From: Methanobacteriota archaeon | Lineage (GTDB): Archaea > Thermoplasmatota > E2 > DHVEG-1 | Direction: 5' to 3' | Assembly: GCA_963769885.1 (NCBI GenBank) | Contig: CAVYNH010000006.1 | Coordinates: 64,001 to 128,000, forward strand | Length of the DNA stretch: 64,000 nucleotides | Part shown: one piece after another, positions 60,789 through 64,000 of the stretch | Layout of the letters: each line of letters begins with the position of its first letter | Numbering within the stretch: position 1 is the first letter of the stretch | Notes under the pieces: generated by a model | The model's input: the letters and a program-made list of their open reading frames with translations, nothing else | What the model was told of the DNA's origin: nothing | Database searches by the model: none | Program-made: the position numbers and the translations under genes

Positions 60789-61534
60789 CGGCCGCAGCCC
60801 GTGCCGATAATCATCGACATGTACGGCGGCGTCCAGTTGCTCGTCTCCGACGGGAAGCCAACAGGCAGGTCATCAAGGCCCGTCCCCGTCATGTTCTCCT
60901 TGAACGTAAAGCTGTAATACGAGTAGTTGACGTCCAGGGTGAAGTGGTTGCCCTTGTCGCGGAACCGAAGCGGGAACCGCTCCCCGATCTTGACGGTCAC
61001 GGTGACGTTGATGGGCTTGTTCGTCCAGCTGGTACTCTTGAACATCGCCTCCAGCCTCTTCTCGGCGTCCTGCGTGTTGTTCGCCTGGATCGTCTTCGGG
61101 GGCATCAACTTCGTCGAGACATTGATAGAAAAGTCCCCCGCCTTCGTCCGCGGCGCGCTCTTGTCAGAAAAGGACGTCGTCTTGTTGTCCGGCGTCTTAA
61201 TCGAAAGCGTCAGGGTGTCGAGGCCGAAGCGGCGTAGCAAGGCCTTGTCGTCGACCCACTGAAGCCTAAACGAAACTGACTTCAGGTTCGCCTGATTAAT
61301 CGTGACGGGTGTCGAAACTCCGGTCCCCTTCGGCGCGTTCCCCTCAATCTGTGACAGGGAGGCGTTCACGGTATGCCACGTGACCGAGTACGTCATCCAC
61401 GTGGATTGCTCTTGACTCGGGGTGGACGGGGGCGTGACCGAGGGCGAATACAGCGCGACCCCGGCGCCCGCAATGAGGAGAATGAAGACACCGACAATGA
61501 TGATGATTTTGTCGTTGCGGCGAAGGGTAATCAT
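60779..61534 (-). CDS. Hypothetical membrane-anchored beta-sandwich protein
   Basis: N-terminal TM after basic residues; GGTGA upstream; overlaps the pelota stop by 10 bp. Confidence 0.7.
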   Translation of the reverse strand: MITLRRNDKIIIIVGVFILLIAGAGVALYSPSVTPPSTPSQEQSTWMTYSVTWHTVNASLSQIEGNAPKGTGVSTPVTINQANLKSVSFRLQWVDDKALLRRFGLDTLTLSIKTPDNKTTSFSDKSAPRTKAGDFSINVSTKLMPPKTIQANNTQDAEKRLEAMFKSTSWTNKPINVTVTVKIGERFPLRFRDKGNHFTLDVNYSYYSFTFKENMTGTGLDDLPVGFPSETSNWTPPYMSMIIGTGCGRYV

Positions 61535-61675
61535 ATCGTCACCTACGGGAGGCGGTTTATTTAAAGTCTCTGGAGAGATTTTTGTCTTATTTAGAAGTAT
61601 GTTTAGGGCTTTATTAAATTTTTCCTTGTTTAAATATATATATCCCTGATTTAAATTTTCTAAGGAAGAGCCCGG

Positions 61676-62692
61676 CTACGGGAAGGCGGTGACAATCGGG
61701 ATTGGACTCTTACAGATGGCACAGCGGCCATCGACAAGCCCGGTGATCCGGGCTAAAAACCCATGCCGCTCCACTAGAAGGGCATGGCAAGACGGACAGT
61801 AGGTGTTCTCGTAATCCCCGTGCGGGACGTTGCCCACGTAGACGTACTGCAGGCCTGCCTCGACGGCAAGGGACCGCGCCTGCAGCAGGGTTCCCGCGGG
61901 GGTGGGCGCCACCGCGGTCATCTTATGGTCCGGGTGGAACCGGGAGAAATGGACTGGGGTCTGCAGGGAGAGCCGGTCGGCGACCCACCGGCAAAACGCG
62001 CTGAGCTCCTCCCGGGCGTCGTTGTAGCCGGGGATGATGAGGTACGTGATCTCGAGGTGGACGCCGAGGCGGTGGGCGAGCTCGCAGGCTTCGAGGACCG
62101 GGGCGAGGCGGGCCTTGCAGACCCGGTGGTAGAAGGACTCGGTGAAGGCCTTGACGTCGACGTTCATCGCATCGAGGAGGGGGGCGAGCTCCTTGAGGGG
62201 CTCGGGGTTGATGAAGCCGTTGGTGACGGAGACGGTGGCGAGGCGGGCGGCTTTGGCGAGCCTGGCGCTGTCCCGGACGTACTCGTGCCAGATGGTGGGT
62301 TCGTTGTAGGTCCAGGCGATGCCCGCGCAGCCACTTTCCTGTGCGGCGGCGACTGCATCCTGCGGGGAGAGTTCTTGGAGAGGATAGGATTCAGGGGTGG
62401 CGGTGGCGATGTGGTAGTTCTGGCAGTGCAGGCAGCTCAGGGTGCAACCGACGGACCCGAGGGAGAGGACGGTGGAGCCGGGGAGGAAGTGGTAGAGTGG
62501 TTTTTTTTCGATGGGGTCTGCGGCGATGCCGGAGCAGAGGCCATAGATGAGGGAGACGAGGCTGCCGCCTTGGTTTTCCCGGACACCGCAGCGGCCGCGT
62601 TTGCCGGGAGGGATGCGGCAGTGGTGGGGGCAGAGTTGGCACTGAACCGAGTTGTGGTCTTGTGAGGTCCAGAAGGCTGCGGGGGTGCTCAT
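61676..62692 (-). CDS. amrS: AmmeMemoRadiSam system radical SAM enzyme
   Basis: CQLCPHHC..G.CGVR, DPIEKKPLYHF, GCTLSCLHCQN, TYNEP, HFSRFHP, YVGNV..T.CP.C. Confidence 0.92.
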   Translation of the reverse strand: MSTPAAFWTSQDHNSVQCQLCPHHCRIPPGKRGRCGVRENQGGSLVSLIYGLCSGIAADPIEKKPLYHFLPGSTVLSLGSVGCTLSCLHCQNYHIATATPESYPLQELSPQDAVAAAQESGCAGIAWTYNEPTIWHEYVRDSARLAKAARLATVSVTNGFINPEPLKELAPLLDAMNVDVKAFTESFYHRVCKARLAPVLEACELAHRLGVHLEITYLIIPGYNDAREELSAFCRWVADRLSLQTPVHFSRFHPDHKMTAVAPTPAGTLLQARSLAVEAGLQYVYVGNVPHGDYENTYCPSCHALLVERHGFLARITGLVDGRCAICKSPIPIVTAFP

Positions 62693-62719
62693 CCTAGTGG
62701 GTTCGATGGTGGTTGGGTT

Positions 62720-64000
62720 TTATTTACTTTGGCCTAGGACGAGGCCGGGGTTGTTGAGGAGGCGGCTGGGGTAACGGTCGTTGATCTGGGGGCGCATGCC
62801 TTTGTAGGCGGCGAGGTCTTTGTCGGTACGGAGCAGGTATTTGGCGTAGTAGAAGGCTTCTTCGACGCTAACTTTGCCGTCTTTGAAGAGGCGGGAGTGG
62901 GTGGGTCGGCCGAGGTTGAGGGGGCCGGGACGGTAGCCGTCGGCGGTTCCTTGGAGGCCTTGGAACCAGAGGAGGGTGAAGAGGGGTCCTTGGGTGGTGC
63001 TGGCGTAGCCGATGTCGAATTTGCTGGCGCCGGTGAGGATGATGCGTCCGTTTTCGGGGATGCCGGAGCGCATGAAGATGCTGGTGGGGAGGCTGGCGAC
63101 GGTGCGGTCGGCGAAGCCGCCGGCGTAGCAGGCGTCGACGATGATGGTGGTGCGGTGGCTGTTGAGGGGTTTGAGGAGTTGGCCGAGGTCTTTGTCGGTG
63201 AGGAGGCTATCCCAGAGGTAGAGGGCGCTGCTCTGCAGGATCTTGCCGCCGTTGCGTTGGTTGGCGTTGCCGTAGCCGTGGTTGAAGAACCAGAGGAAGA
63301 CTTCGCTGTCTTTGAATTGGTTGGATTCGTTGATGACTTGGGTGAGGGTCGCGACGACGTTGTCTTTGGTGGCGCCGCCGTAGGTGATGGCGTAGTCGTG
63401 GGGGCGTTCTTGGAGGGTCATAAGGCGTTGTCCGAGGCCGTTGTCGGTGCGGATCCAGCCGTCGTCGAAGAGGATGATGGTGTGGTTGGTGTCGTAGCCG
63501 AGGGTGTTGATGAAGTAGGCGGCCATCTGTTCGGAGAGGAGGAGGCCGCCGTTGCCGAGTTTGCTTTGGTTGTCGGCGGGGAAGTTGCCGGTGGCGATGA
63601 AGACGGCCCAGCGGTGGCTGCCGGTGGTCATGGCGCGTTCGTTGTCGACGGTGATGGTGATGGTCTGGGTCTTGGAGTAGGATTTGCCGTCGCTGGCGCG
63701 GACGCTGATGGTGACGGCGCCGTCTGGGCCTTGGTTGGTGTTCCAGTCGTAGCTCCAGAGGGTGGTGCCTTCGGCGGTGGCCCAGGCTTTGTCGCCTATC
63801 TTGACTTGGATGCTAGTAAGTTCGTTGTCGCCGTCTTTGTCGTGGGCGGTGCCGCTGATCATGACGAGGCGGCTGAGGGTGGTTTCGTCGGAGGGGTAGG
63901 TAAGGGTGACGGTGGGTGGGGTGTTGATGAGGTGGAGGTTGGTGGTGAGGACGCCGGAGTACATGGTGAGGATAACGACGACGGCGATGACTGCGACGGC
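62720..64000 (-). CDS. Membrane-anchored caspase-like (C14/C13-type) peptidase with N-terminal Ig-like domain (5'-truncated)
   Basis: Frame open to the window end through a hydrophobic stretch; FNHG (His), VDACYAGGF (Cys), DGKVSVEEAF. Confidence 0.82.
   Translation of the reverse strand, partial: AVAVIAVVVILTMYSGVLTTNLHLINTPPTVTLTYPSDETTLSRLVMISGTAHDKDGDNELTSIQVKIGDKAWATAEGTTLWSYDWNTNQGPDGAVTISVRASDGKSYSKTQTITITVDNERAMTTGSHRWAVFIATGNFPADNQSKLGNGGLLLSEQMAAYFINTLGYDTNHTIILFDDGWIRTDNGLGQRLMTLQERPHDYAITYGGATKDNVVATLTQVINESNQFKDSEVFLWFFNHGYGNANQRNGGKILQSSALYLWDSLLTDKDLGQLLKPLNSHRTTIIVDACYAGGFADRTVASLPTSIFMRSGIPENGRIILTGASKFDIGYASTTQGPLFTLLWFQGLQGTADGYRPGPLNLGRPTHSRLFKDGKVSVEEAFYYAKYLLRTDKDLAAYKGMRPQINDRYPSRLLNNPGLVLGQSK

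Noticed and set aside
61676-62692. Complete AmmeMemoRadiSam system
   Set aside because: Only the radical SAM component is present; no AMMECR1 or Memo gene seen in the window.

Overview
Gene-dense archaeal chromosomal segment: pelota next to Rqc2/RqcH, DUF424, short dCTP deaminase, TATA-type promoters and T-run terminators. The secreted-protein repertoire resembles Thermoplasmatota of the MBG-D/DHVEG-1 (Thermoprofundales) type; this is an inference from gene content, not a database result. About 55 CDS; no rRNA, tRNA, CRISPR array or transposase was recognised. The window is dominated by signal-peptide-bearing peptidases and surface proteins: two gingipain-like C25, one streptopain-like C10, two caspase-like C14, M14, two M28, a secreted C15, a large transglutaminase-like protein, PQQ-type propellers and NosD beta-helices. 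It also holds transporters, ArsM, an MNT-HEPN toxin-antitoxin pair and RNA quality-control genes. Most notable observations: (1) a LuxE-type acyl-protein synthetase without LuxC, clustered with an extended SDR, an MFS transporter and a transglutaminase-fold protein whose Cys-His-Asp triad appears rearranged to Cys-Glu-His, suggesting an undescribed archaeal acyl-transfer/amide pathway; (2) one ~105-aa C-terminal Ig-like domain on six exported proteins from five different families, plus amphipathic tails and inserts on others, suggesting a lineage-specific surface-sorting system; (3) kb-scale blocks of extreme C+A versus G+T strand skew that ignore gene orientation and flip inside genes; (4) several single-base frameshifts, either assembly error or phase variation; (5) small membrane ORFs missed by the ORF track. 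All family calls come from motif recognition by eye.
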